This document shows positions 53,047-61,809 of a DNA stretch of 64,000 bases, piece by piece (positions within the stretch are counted from its first letter, which is position 1; every line of letters starts with the position of its first letter). A program made the translations under genes and the position numbers. The notes under the pieces were generated by a model. It was not told the DNA's origin, searched no databases, and was given only the letters and a program-made list of their open reading frames with translations. The stretch comes from Gammaproteobacteria bacterium. GTDB taxonomy: Bacteria; Pseudomonadota; Gammaproteobacteria; Burkholderiales; Rhodocyclaceae. The stretch lies in the NCBI GenBank assembly GCA_018819515.1, contig JAHJPX010000003.1, positions 56,588-120,587 of the forward strand, read 5' to 3'.

Positions 53047-54286
53047 AGGCGCGATCGAGCTCGTTCCCGACGTGCATTGGGTCGGTGCGCTCGACCCCGG
53101 CCTGCGCAGTTTCGACATCATCCTCAAAACCGCCAACGGCACCACGTACAACAGCTACGTGGTGCGCGGCAGCGCGGGCGTCGCCGTTATCGACACGGTG
53201 AAGGAGAGTTTCTCCGACACCTTCTTCCGTCGTCTGGAGTCGGTGGCCGATTACGGCGAGATCACCACCATCGTTCTCAACCACCTCGAACCGGATCATT
53301 CCGGCGCACTGCCCGAACTGCTGCGCCGCGCACCGCAGGCGAAGCTGTACATCTCCTCGCGTGGCGGGCCGATGCTGAAAGGCCTGCTGCATGGCGAGCA
53401 ACTGGCCTATCAGCCGACGCGGACGGGCATGGAGGTCGACCTCGGCGACCGCAAGCTGCGCTTTTTGCAAACGCCTTTCCTGCACTGGCCGGATACGCAA
53501 TGCACCTGGCTCGAAGACGCCGGCGTGCTGTTCTCGGGCGATGCCTTCGGCTGCCACTTCTGCGATCCGCGCCTGTTCAACGACAACGTCGGCGATTTCC
53601 GTTTTTCGTTCGATTACTACTACGCCCACCTCATGCGGCCGTTCCGCAGCCGTGTGCTGGATGCACTGGAACTGATCGAGCCATTGCCGCTGAAAGTGAT
53701 TGCGCCCGCGCACGGCCCCATCCTGCGCGATGCGCCGGACCGCTATGTCGCACGTTACCGCGAACTGTCCGCCTCCCGCCTCAAGAACGAAGCGGCCGAG
53801 GAGAAGACGCTCATCATCTTCTATCTGTCCGCCTACGGCAGCACGCGCGCCATGGCAGAGTCTCTGGCGGCCGGGGCCGAGGATGCCACGGGCGTGCGCG
53901 TCTCGCTCTACGACATCGAGGGCGGCGAGGTATCGCCTTTCGTCGACCTGATCGAGGAGGCCGACGGCCTGGCTTTCGGCAGCCCGACCATCAACGGCGA
54001 CGCGGTGAAACCCGTGTGGGACCTGCTCTCGTCGCTGGCCGCCGTCGATATCAAGGGAAAACTCGGCGCCGCCTTCGGCTCCTACGGCTGGAGCGGCGAA
54101 GCCGTGCCCATGGTCGAAGACCGCCTGCGCGGACTCAAGCTGCGCGTGCCCGTCAAGGGCGTACGGGCACGACTTGTCCCCACGCCCGAGGAACTGGCGC
54201 AATGCCGCGAACTCGGCCGCGAACTGGCCCTGCACCTGACTGGCCGCCAGGAATCCACTGAAATAGACATGGCCGCGCTGGCCTGA
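53018..54286 (+). CDS. Flavodiiron protein (FprA-type O2/NO reductase)
   Basis: Internal Met of track ORF 52901..54286. Has a metallo-beta-lactamase block (NHLEPDHSG), then a flavodoxin block (IFYLSAYGSTRAMAE...FGSPTINGD). Confidence 0.85.
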   Translation: MNMVKATAAEGAIELVPDVHWVGALDPGLRSFDIILKTANGTTYNSYVVRGSAGVAVIDTVKESFSDTFFRRLESVADYGEITTIVLNHLEPDHSGALPELLRRAPQAKLYISSRGGPMLKGLLHGEQLAYQPTRTGMEVDLGDRKLRFLQTPFLHWPDTQCTWLEDAGVLFSGDAFGCHFCDPRLFNDNVGDFRFSFDYYYAHLMRPFRSRVLDALELIEPLPLKVIAPAHGPILRDAPDRYVARYRELSASRLKNEAAEEKTLIIFYLSAYGSTRAMAESLAAGAEDATGVRVSLYDIEGGEVSPFVDLIEEADGLAFGSPTINGDAVKPVWDLLSSLAAVDIKGKLGAAFGSYGWSGEAVPMVEDRLRGLKLRVPVKGVRARLVPTPEELAQCRELGRELALHLTGRQESTEIDMAALA

Positions 54287-54299
54287 AAGGAAAACCGAA

Positions 54300-54587
54300 A
54301 TGCCCAAAGCTAAAGTCACCTTCGAAGACGTCGGCGTCACCGTCACGGTGCCGGCCGGCACGCGCCTGATCGAAGTCTCCGAGAAGGTCGGCGCGGGCAT
54401 CACCTACGGCTGCCGCGAAGGCGAATGCTGCACCTGCCTGACCAAGGTCGTTTCCGGACATGAGCATCTGGCTTCGCCCTCGGTGCTGGAAGACCAGGTA
54501 CTCAAGGACAACTTCGCGCCGCGCCACCATCGCCTCGCCTGCCAGGCGCAGGTACTGGGCGGCGAAGTGGTGGTCAAGCCAGCGTGA
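54300..54587 (+). CDS. 2Fe-2S ferredoxin
   Basis: 95-aa ORF with CREGECCTC...C cluster ligands. Confidence 0.8.
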   Translation: MPKAKVTFEDVGVTVTVPAGTRLIEVSEKVGAGITYGCREGECCTCLTKVVSGHEHLASPSVLEDQVLKDNFAPRHHRLACQAQVLGGEVVVKPA

Positions 54588-54629
54588 CCGCCACTTCGCC
54601 TTGCGGCCCAAGGACCCACCCCCTCCCGG

Positions 54630-54649
54630 CCTCCCCCTCGCGGGGGAGG
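54630..54649. repeat. GC-rich hairpin (REP-like) between the two ferredoxin genes
   Basis: CCTCCCCC-TCGC-GGGGGAGG is an 8-bp perfect stem. No T-tract follows. Confidence 0.6.
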
Positions 54650-54719
54650 TGACTGATCGGCTCGCTGCGCTCGGGATGTGCGGCGGCCACCGATGAACGC
54701 TTTTCCATAGGAGTACAGC

Positions 54720-55082
54720 ATGGCCCTCGTCACCTTTTCCAGTCCTTTGCACAAGGACAAGACCGTCTATGCCGTTTCCGGCAGCCACAAGCAGACCATC
54801 CTGCAAATCGCCAAGGACAACCACATCCCCATCGACTTTTCCTGCGGCGACGGCGAGTGCGGTACCTGCCTGGTCAAGGTCAAGGTGATCGACAAGAACA
54901 AGCCGCGCCTGGCCAACCCGCTCAACGAGCGCGAGCAAAAGGTGCTGAAGGAGATGGGCAAGGTCACCCAGGCCGAACTCGACAAGATGCAGGTCGACGA
55001 TTTCGCGCCCAACGAGTGGCGCCTTGCCTGCCAAATGGTCATCCGCGATGAGGACATCCTCGTCGAGTATCCGAGCCGCTGA
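54720..55082 (+). CDS. 2Fe-2S ferredoxin
   Basis: 120-aa ORF with CGDGECGTC...C cluster ligands. Confidence 0.8.
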   Translation: MALVTFSSPLHKDKTVYAVSGSHKQTILQIAKDNHIPIDFSCGDGECGTCLVKVKVIDKNKPRLANPLNEREQKVLKEMGKVTQAELDKMQVDDFAPNEWRLACQMVIRDEDILVEYPSR

Positions 55083-55962
55083 GTTAGCCGAAAGGGCCGA
55101 GGCGGCCTATCTCGGCCTGGCGCTGGGCGACGCGCTGGGCGCCACGGTCGAGTTCATGACGCCGCGGGAGATTCGTGCCCAGTACGGCGTCCACAACGAG
55201 ATCCGCGGTGGCGGCTGGCTGCGCCTGAAACCGGGCGCCGTTACCGACGATACGACCATGAGCCTCGCGCTCGGCGAAGCCATCCTTGCCGATGGCGGTC
55301 GCGTCGAGCCGCTTTCCTGCGCGCGCGCCTTCGATGCCTGGATGCGTGCCAAGCCCGTGGACATCGGCAATACCGTGCGCCGAAATCTTGTCGCTTTCCG
55401 CCGCAGCGGCGAGCCCGTGGCGCCGCCTTCCGAGCACGATGCCGGCAACGGCGCCGCGATGCGCGTGCTGCCGGTGGCGCTGGCGACGCTGGGGCAGGGC
55501 GACGATGTCGTACGCACCGCCGTGCGCGCGCAAGCGCATGTGACGCACAACAATCCCGATTCCGACGCGGCCACCGAATTCCTCGCGCTGGCCGTGCAGG
55601 ACGCAATCGGCGGCGAGAATCTGCGCGGTGTTTATCGGCGGCGCATCCGTCCCATTGTCGACGACAAACCGGCCTTCGCCTACCGCGGCCGCCGGCGCGA
55701 GAATCCGAGTGGCTGGATCGTCGAAACGATGCAGGCCGTGCTACAGGCGCTGCTCGACACGGACAGCTTCGAGGATTGCCTCGTCGACGTCGTCAATCGC
55801 GGCGGCGACGCCGACACCACCGGCGCCATCGCCGGCATGCTCGCCGGCGCGCTCTACGGCCGCGACGCGCTCCCCGCCCGCTGGCTCAAGGCGCTTGACC
55901 CGAAGATGCGCGAGGCCTGTGCTGCGCAGGCGCGGAAACTGGTGGCGCTGACTTCCGCTTGA
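55048..55962 (+). CDS. draG: ADP-ribosyl-[dinitrogen reductase] glycohydrolase
   Basis: Internal Met of track ORF 55024..55962. Has GLALGDALGATVEF, VTDDTTMSL and GGDADTTGAIAGMLAGALYG (ADP-ribosylglycohydrolase family). Last gene of the nifB operon, with a 35-nt overlap on the preceding gene. Confidence 0.8.
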   Translation: MRTSSSSIRAAELAERAEAAYLGLALGDALGATVEFMTPREIRAQYGVHNEIRGGGWLRLKPGAVTDDTTMSLALGEAILADGGRVEPLSCARAFDAWMRAKPVDIGNTVRRNLVAFRRSGEPVAPPSEHDAGNGAAMRVLPVALATLGQGDDVVRTAVRAQAHVTHNNPDSDAATEFLALAVQDAIGGENLRGVYRRRIRPIVDDKPAFAYRGRRRENPSGWIVETMQAVLQALLDTDSFEDCLVDVVNRGGDADTTGAIAGMLAGALYGRDALPARWLKALDPKMREACAAQARKLVALTSA

Positions 55963-55969
55963 ATCAGGT

Positions 55970-55993
55970 GGCGTATCGCCACGGTTGACTTTT
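55970..55993 (+). repeat. 24-nt motif copy, 2 mismatches
   Basis: GGCGTATCGCCACGGTTGACTTTT. Intergenic, 8 nt after the draG stop. Confidence 0.85.
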
Positions 55994-56104
55994 CTTGCTT
56001 GGTTACAATGGCCATGTCATTATCAAGCTCAGCGAGACCTAGGGCTCTTGTCTACTACCACGCTCATTCTCGTTTCGAAAATCTAATATTGGGAAGCTAA
56101 CTAA

Positions 56105-56515
56105 ATGCCACGCAACCCGGAGCTATTCGAACTTACCGCTGGATTGGCAATGGCTCAGCTATACGAGAAATTTCCCATCCCAAAGGACATTGATTTTCGC
56201 GCCCTATACGCCGAGGTATCAGATCGATTCCCTGATGCATCGATGTCGGACTACATCAAGATCTACTTGGTTATACGACACACCTTCGAATGGTTGCAAA
56301 AGGAGGATTTCATTCGCTATGAAAGTATTGGCGAAAACGCAGCGCGCAATTTGCAGCTTACGGAAAAGGGGCTAAGAGCTCTTAAAGCGGTACCGAAAGA
56401 GCTTGATGCACAAAGACAGTCTTTGGCCGAGTTCCTTGTGGAATCCGCAAAGGAAGGGGCTAAGGAGGCCCTAATGAAGGGTGTTGGTTGGCTTCTGGCG
56501 GCTTCCGCAAGCTAG
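56105..56515 (+). CDS. Hypothetical protein (visibly lower G+C)
   Basis: 136-aa ORF, helical-looking, no recognised motif. Flanked by 24-nt motif copies. Confidence 0.5.
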   Translation: MPRNPELFELTAGLAMAQLYEKFPIPKDIDFRALYAEVSDRFPDASMSDYIKIYLVIRHTFEWLQKEDFIRYESIGENAARNLQLTEKGLRALKAVPKELDAQRQSLAEFLVESAKEGAKEALMKGVGWLLAASAS

Positions 56516-56568
56516 TGGTGGCTAATAGCGGGTAGTCGGAAGTAGACAGCGATTCCCGATGTGAGGGT

Positions 56569-56592
56569 GGCGTACCACCACGGCTGACTTTT
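56569..56592 (+). repeat. 24-nt motif copy, 1 mismatch
   Basis: GGCGTACCACCACGGCTGACTTTT. Intergenic, followed by a short hemerythrin-tail relic. Confidence 0.9.
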
Positions 56593-56691
56593 TCCAGTTC
56601 CCCTGCGCCTTGAGCCGCGTTCGCTTATGCTTGCGCAGTTGGAGTTCGATCTGAATGAGCGGCGGCGACAGGTGCAGGTTGGTCGGGAGGA

Positions 56692-57111
56692 ATGTTCATG
56701 AACGCCAAAATGGTGAGGTCGTACGGAGCACGGCTATTGATCGTAGTGGCGGCATTGGCAGGCATGGCCTGCGGCAGGCAGGAACATTCAACGGGCAGTG
56801 CGAAATCCGGGGTCGCCTCGAGTCAACCCGAATACGCGGGGGTGGACGACGCGTCGGGGGACCGGATGTATGTCGTGAAGGATACGATCGACGGCGTGTT
56901 CGCGTTCCGGGACCGATGCCGGGAACTCTGCAAGGGCGAAGATACGTTCTTGGTCTGGAATGACAACGAAAATCACATATGTCGCTGCCCGGATCAGGGG
57001 AAACGGTATCTCCTGAAAATGATGGAAAGCGAGCGCATGACCATGTCGGAGAAGGAATTTCGCGAGGCAATCCGGAAAAGCATTCGGGAAAGGACAAGGC
57101 CCGCGAATTGA
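56692..57111 (+). CDS. Hypothetical secreted protein / possible lipoprotein
   Basis: 139-aa ORF with a signal-like N-terminus (LLIVVAALAGMAC) and four further Cys. The start may be a downstream Met. Confidence 0.5.
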   Translation: MFMNAKMVRSYGARLLIVVAALAGMACGRQEHSTGSAKSGVASSQPEYAGVDDASGDRMYVVKDTIDGVFAFRDRCRELCKGEDTFLVWNDNENHICRCPDQGKRYLLKMMESERMTMSEKEFREAIRKSIRERTRPAN

Positions 57112-57175
57112 GGGGTTGTCGGAGACGGCCGTTACTCCGAGCCATCGGCGACGGACCGCGTTCTCCGCCCAGGGT

Positions 57176-57199
57176 GGCGTCCCGCGACGGCTGACTTTT
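57176..57199 (+). repeat. 24-nt motif copy, 2 mismatches
   Basis: GGCGTCCCGCGACGGCTGACTTTT. Intergenic, followed 25 nt later by the hemerythrin 3' remnant. Confidence 0.85.
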
Positions 57200-57224
57200 C
57201 TACGTCGGCGCCAGCCGCCGCTTA

Positions 57225-57400
57225 CTACTTCCCCTGTGCCTTGAGCCGTGCAGTCAGCGCGCTGTCCATGGTGGTTAGGCGCGTCTTGAACCAGTCGGGC
57301 AGGCTGGCAGCGACGTAGGCGCGGCAGATCATGGCGAGTTCGCCGAGGATGCGCTGGTGGTTGCTTTCGTGTTCGCCGATAGCGGGGAAGCGGCAGCACT
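57225..57400 (-). pseudogene. 3' remnant of a hemerythrin-like gene
   Basis: The minus strand reads in frame CRFPAIGEHESNHQRILGELAMICRAYVAASLPDWFKTRLTTMDSALTARLKAQGK*. This parallels the last 70 codons of the intact gene at 58335-58724, but with a 13-codon internal deletion and no start. Confidence 0.8.
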
Positions 57401-57525
57401 CTTATGCCCACTGCCTTTCTCCGGTACAGTTCGAACAGCAGTACTTCAGCGGACTCGACCAGTGTCTGCCGGAGCCGGCAATCTCTGCCCCCCGTTTTCT
57501 TACATTCGATGCTCGCGGGAACGCA

Positions 57526-58338
57526 ATGTTGCTCCGTAGCCTGACCTCAGTCGCCATCGCCATGTACGCCGCATGCAGCGTCGCCGATGCGCCGATGGCA
57601 GCCGTGGTGATCAACCGGAACCACAGCCACCAGCTCACCTCCTGGAGTGGGCCGTATTTCCCGAGTTTTCCAAAGGGTACGATGCCGCGGGACGGAACCT
57701 GGCTGGCGCTTTACTGCGACGATGCGGGCTGCGAGGTGAGAGAGGCCGCCGTGGCCGTGATGGGCGGCACGATTGCCAACTGTGACGACCGGGAGCAATA
57801 CGCCGAAACCATCTTTGCCGGCGGCGAGCCGGTTGCTGTGTTCAACAGCGTGAATCTTCCACTCGGGAAGGTTGCGACCGCACTGCTGGCCAGGAAGGCG
57901 CCGGCCGCATCCTCGCAATTCGAGGACTTCAGGACGGTGGGCGTCTGGTACGTGCTGTTCAACGGCAAGTACCTGGGCATTTCCTGGGTTCGCATGGTGT
58001 CTCCGCATTCACCGGACGAGTATCTGTACCGATACCATCTCGTCGATGGCGCGACGAAGCAGTTCATCTTCTCCTCCACCGGTGGCAGGGCGGAGGCGGC
58101 CGGCGGTGCCGTTGCGCCATTCGTGCATTGGGCCGGCGATCTGGACCAGGACGGCAAGGTCGACCTGCTGGTGGAAATCCCGTACAGCCTGGATCACGGG
58201 ACGAATGCGCGGTGCCAGGTTTCCCACCGGCTCTACTTGTCATCTTTGGCGCAGGCGCAGGAAGTTCTCCACAAGGCCGCGCAGACTTCCGGGCAGCAGC
58301 CGGCGTGTGCCTGTCGACTCGGTCGAGGCGGCCGCTAG
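57526..58338 (+). CDS. Hypothetical secreted protein
   Basis: Internal Met (MLLRSLTSVAIAMYAACSVADA signal-like) of track ORF 57331..58338. Has a DLDQDGKVDLL calcium/FG-GAP-like motif. The first 65 codons of the track ORF run antisense through the hemerythrin remnant, so they were excluded. Confidence 0.5.
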   Translation: MLLRSLTSVAIAMYAACSVADAPMAAVVINRNHSHQLTSWSGPYFPSFPKGTMPRDGTWLALYCDDAGCEVREAAVAVMGGTIANCDDREQYAETIFAGGEPVAVFNSVNLPLGKVATALLARKAPAASSQFEDFRTVGVWYVLFNGKYLGISWVRMVSPHSPDEYLYRYHLVDGATKQFIFSSTGGRAEAAGGAVAPFVHWAGDLDQDGKVDLLVEIPYSLDHGTNARCQVSHRLYLSSLAQAQEVLHKAAQTSGQQPACACRLGRGGR

Positions 58339-58724
58339 GTACCCTGCGCCTTCAGCCGCGCCGCCAGCGCGCTGTCCATGGTGGCGAGGTGCGTCTTGAA
58401 CCAGTCGGGCAGGCCGACGGCGACGTAGGCGCGGGCGAGGCCGAGGCGACCCTTGGCGACGCCGCGGCCGATCTGGGCGAGTTCGCCGAGGATGCGCTGG
58501 TGGTCACTTTCGTGTTCGCCGATGGCGGGAAAGCGACAGGCACGCATCAGGCGGCCTTCGTTTTCGAAGTGGGCGCGGGTGTGCAGGGCGAGCGCGTGAA
58601 AGCGGCGCGGGAAGTCCTCGTCGCTGGCCTTGGTGAGAGCCGCGAGTTCATGTACGAAGTCTTCGTGGGTAGCGTCCATGTCGGCGACGCCGACGGCGTG
58701 CAGTTCGGGTTTCCAGTTCAGCAT
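58335..58724 (-). CDS. Hemerythrin-like (HHE cation-binding) protein
   Basis: Internal Met (MLNWKPELHAVGVADMDATHEDFVHEL..HTRAHFENE..EHESDHQRIL..WFKTHLATMD) of track ORF 58335..59615. 7-nt overlap with the upstream SIR2-like gene. Confidence 0.8.
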   Translation of the reverse strand: MLNWKPELHAVGVADMDATHEDFVHELAALTKASDEDFPRRFHALALHTRAHFENEGRLMRACRFPAIGEHESDHQRILGELAQIGRGVAKGRLGLARAYVAVGLPDWFKTHLATMDSALAARLKAQGT

Positions 58725-59581
58725 GTCACGGCCTCCGAAGTTTCCACACTTGCGCCCATCAACTCGCTGACGTTGCCCGCGACGATCTCGATGCCCATCT
58801 TGGCCAGAAAGCGCTTTTCCTTGTCGGTCGGTTGCTCGATCAGCGCCCAGCCGGTGGGGCCGGTGGCGGCGCCGTAGACGATGTCGGACATGACCATGCG
58901 CTCGCTGTCGCGGTTGAAGCGCATGCCGAGGAAGAGGTAGCGCTTGTCGCGGCGCAGTTCCTTGACGTAGGCGGGCACGGCGAAGCCGCCCATGAGTTCC
59001 GTGATGTAGTCGACGTAGTCGGCGTCGGAGGCGATGTAGGTCGACTCCGGCCTGGGCGAACCCATGGGCTTGAACAGCAGTGGCAGGCCGAGGGCGGCCT
59101 GGCCGGGCAGGATGGCGGTGTAGTGCGCGCCGTCCCAAGCGAACAGCTTGAAACGGAAGTCGGTGCCGCCGAGACGCGCGCAGCCGAGCACCAGGGTGTG
59201 CGGCACGTCGGCGTAGGAATCGAGCAACTGCGTGTCGCGGTTGATGTCGATGACGTAGGCGGGCTTGATGGACTTCAGCCAGTCGTGCACGGCGCTGCGC
59301 GTCCAGGGTGCGTTGTAGGTGGCGTCGAGGAACTTCGTTACCGCCGAACGGCCGCGCTTGAGTTCGATGTTCATCGCCGCTCGCGGGAATTCGTACATCA
59401 GTTTGGGCGACATCGGCTTGCCCCCGTTCATGGCAAGGATTAGTTCGTCGCTGGTGGCGGGCATCGGGGCGCCGGTTTCGGTGTGGCGGACATCGGCCAG
59501 CACGCCGGGGCCGAGATAGGGAACGACGCTGCCGTCGGCGAGGCCGGCGAGCAGGTCCTGACGGGTTTTTGTAGTAATCAT
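58718..59581 (-). CDS. SIR2-like (SIR2_2-type) domain protein, catalytic His apparently absent
   Basis: 287-aa ORF. The motif order PYLGPGV / VIDINRDTQLLDSY / LLFKPMGS / SDADYVDYI / YLFLGMRFNRD parallels the FLGAG / TTNYD / KLHGS / DY / LFLGYS blocks of SIR2_2 proteins as I remember them. Not verified by search. Confidence 0.45.
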   Translation of the reverse strand: MITTKTRQDLLAGLADGSVVPYLGPGVLADVRHTETGAPMPATSDELILAMNGGKPMSPKLMYEFPRAAMNIELKRGRSAVTKFLDATYNAPWTRSAVHDWLKSIKPAYVIDINRDTQLLDSYADVPHTLVLGCARLGGTDFRFKLFAWDGAHYTAILPGQAALGLPLLFKPMGSPRPESTYIASDADYVDYITELMGGFAVPAYVKELRRDKRYLFLGMRFNRDSERMVMSDIVYGAATGPTGWALIEQPTDKEKRFLAKMGIEIVAGNVSELMGASVETSEAVTC

Positions 59582-59724
59582 GCCAATCTCCTTGGGGTCG
59601 AGAGATGACTAGCAAGAATCCGACCTGAAAGATTCGCCTTTTCCCCTGGGGGTTTTCAAGTGGCGTCGCCGTGCAACCACAGATTGACCTGCCGTACCGC
59701 TTTCAGATAATCGCAGGGCGGTAA

Positions 59725-61701
59725 ATGAGGTCACGGAGGACCCGGATGGTCAGGAAACGTGGTTTGGCTTTAGGGCTCATCCTGCTTGCGGCGCTGCTGG
59801 CCGCATGCGGAGGTGGAGGGGGCGGCGGGAGCAGTGGCACTACCAGCGGTTCCGTCCCGATATCCGCCTCATGCTCAGGCGTTTCCTGTTCGGGGCATGG
59901 GGCATGCGTCAGTGGAACGTGTTCCTGCAACACCGGGTATGGGGGATCGAGTTGTTCGACATGCGCCGCCGGGTATGTCACCAGCGGATCGTCGTGCGTG
60001 CTCGACAACCCCCTGGGACGAGCATTCGATCATGTGGGCGTGCCGTACCCAACCGAAGCCCTGCCCGGCATCGCAGGCAGTCCGTCGACCATGGCGATCA
60101 TGCCGACGTTGCCGAATGGCGCCTTCTACACAGCCCACGACTGGTACGCCGGCAACGCGGACTCCTACGATCCGGTGACCGTCTCGACGCCGACGCCACC
60201 GGTGACGGTGACCGCTGGAGTCTATGTCGTCAACAAGTTCCACGCCGGCGCGACCGACGCGGATCAGGGCGCCAATGCGATCGGCGGCGTGGTGTACGGC
60301 ACGACAGATCTCCCGCGAAGGACCATGCCGCTCGTCGGTGGAAACGTCGGCTACGGGGCTGGAACGCGCATATTCGTCTATGGCGACGGCACGCCGCGGC
60401 CGACGGACTGGAATATCAATCGCAAGGTCGACTACGAGGACTGGCCGACTACCTGGGAGTTCAACTGCACCGCTGCCGCGCCGTGCTGGCTGGTGGGCAT
60501 CGACGATCCGCGTATCGCTGCCAATGAGGTTTCCATCAGCAACTCGGAACATCTCATCATCGACGGCGTCGTCTTCGATACGACCGTAGCCCAGGGGGCA
60601 TCGCTGGACGTGGATGGCAGCCGATACATCACGCTTCGCCACAGTGCCCAGTACGGCATGAACAAGAATGGCCTGTTCGACGTAAACGACTCATCGTTCG
60701 TCATGTACTACGACAACGAGTGCGCCTATACCGGCTATCTCGGCAACAAGACGTTCTCGACCGCCGATCGACATTGCGTTCGTCCGCTTTACGGTAGCCG
60801 CTTCGTATGGTTCGTCGACAGCCATATCCATTCCTTGAGCGGCGACGGCATGCAGTCCGGAAACAGCTCCAACACGCTACCCCAGGAGCAGTCGACGCAC
60901 TACGTGTACTTTGCGGGGAACAACGTCCATACCGGCCGCGAAAACGCCGTCGACAACAAGAATTCGTATCACGTGGTGGTCAGCGAATGCAATATCCACG
61001 ACTACTACGCTGCCTACGGTTCCGACGGTGGCACTGCCGTCATCCTGAGCAACAATGACGAGGGGCCGTGGACCGGGTATCACTGGATCATCAACAGCCG
61101 GATTCACGATGCCACCAACGGTGTGCGCGACTCGTCGGATCAGGATGGCGAGATCAACTACACCATTGGCAACGTGTTCTACAACATCGAAGACGGCGCC
61201 CTGGTCGAGCAGGACAGCAATCAAGGCAACCACGAGACGACCTACTGGGTCAGCAACACGATTCACGACGCGGGTCACGGATATGTGCGGGCGCGACAAC
61301 AGGTTACCTACACCTCCTATATGGAGGGGAACCTGTTCAGCAACGTGAGGCTGTCGGTGTTCGCCTCGTCCGGAGGCTCGGGAGTCTATGAGAACGACGC
61401 GGATGGCCAAACGCACGCCAGCTACAACCTGGCGTACGGCAACGCCGCCGGGACGCCGACTACCGGCTGGGCATCGTGGTTGAACAACATCATTGGAGAT
61501 ACCGCGGGCGAGGATCCTCTGCTGGCTGCCCCCGACAATCTGGATTTCACCCTGCAGACGGGGAGTCCGGCCAAGGACGCAATTCCGACCGAGCCTGTTG
61601 TTTACCAGCACTTCGAGGACTTGTACGGTCTCGACATACGCCGCGACTATCTTGGCACCGTGCGACCGGCGGGCAACTGGAACATCGGGGCGACGGAATA
61701 G
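59725..61701 (+). CDS. Lipoprotein with EGF-like Cys-rich module and right-handed beta-helix repeats
   Basis: 658-aa ORF with an LLAAC lipobox, a Gly/Ser linker, CSGVSCSGHGACVSGTCSCNTGYGGSSCSTCAAGY, then repeated N/H/D-rich turns (NNVHTG, ECNIHD, NSRIHDA) typical of pectate-lyase-fold proteins. Confidence 0.6.
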   Translation: MRSRRTRMVRKRGLALGLILLAALLAACGGGGGGGSSGTTSGSVPISASCSGVSCSGHGACVSGTCSCNTGYGGSSCSTCAAGYVTSGSSCVLDNPLGRAFDHVGVPYPTEALPGIAGSPSTMAIMPTLPNGAFYTAHDWYAGNADSYDPVTVSTPTPPVTVTAGVYVVNKFHAGATDADQGANAIGGVVYGTTDLPRRTMPLVGGNVGYGAGTRIFVYGDGTPRPTDWNINRKVDYEDWPTTWEFNCTAAAPCWLVGIDDPRIAANEVSISNSEHLIIDGVVFDTTVAQGASLDVDGSRYITLRHSAQYGMNKNGLFDVNDSSFVMYYDNECAYTGYLGNKTFSTADRHCVRPLYGSRFVWFVDSHIHSLSGDGMQSGNSSNTLPQEQSTHYVYFAGNNVHTGRENAVDNKNSYHVVVSECNIHDYYAAYGSDGGTAVILSNNDEGPWTGYHWIINSRIHDATNGVRDSSDQDGEINYTIGNVFYNIEDGALVEQDSNQGNHETTYWVSNTIHDAGHGYVRARQQVTYTSYMEGNLFSNVRLSVFASSGGSGVYENDADGQTHASYNLAYGNAAGTPTTGWASWLNNIIGDTAGEDPLLAAPDNLDFTLQTGSPAKDAIPTEPVVYQHFEDLYGLDIRRDYLGTVRPAGNWNIGATE

Positions 61702-61809
61702 CGGACGGCTGAGCAATCCTTGCCATCCAGCGAGTGTCGGAATGTCGCTAAACCAGTTCAGTTGGGCCGCAATTGCTGGAACTTCAACTTCATCGAACTG
61801 GAGGGATTT

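Noticed and set aside
52760-54403. 547-aa minus-strand ORF
   Set aside because: It is antisense to the ArsC-like, flavodiiron and ferredoxin genes.
55970-57199. Reading the three intergenic motif copies as integron attC sites or as a CRISPR-like array
   Set aside because: - The motif is not an imperfect palindrome.
- No integrase or cas genes are present.
- Spacing is irregular (about 600 and 607 nt here, kilobases elsewhere).
- The same word sits inside core genes throughout the window.
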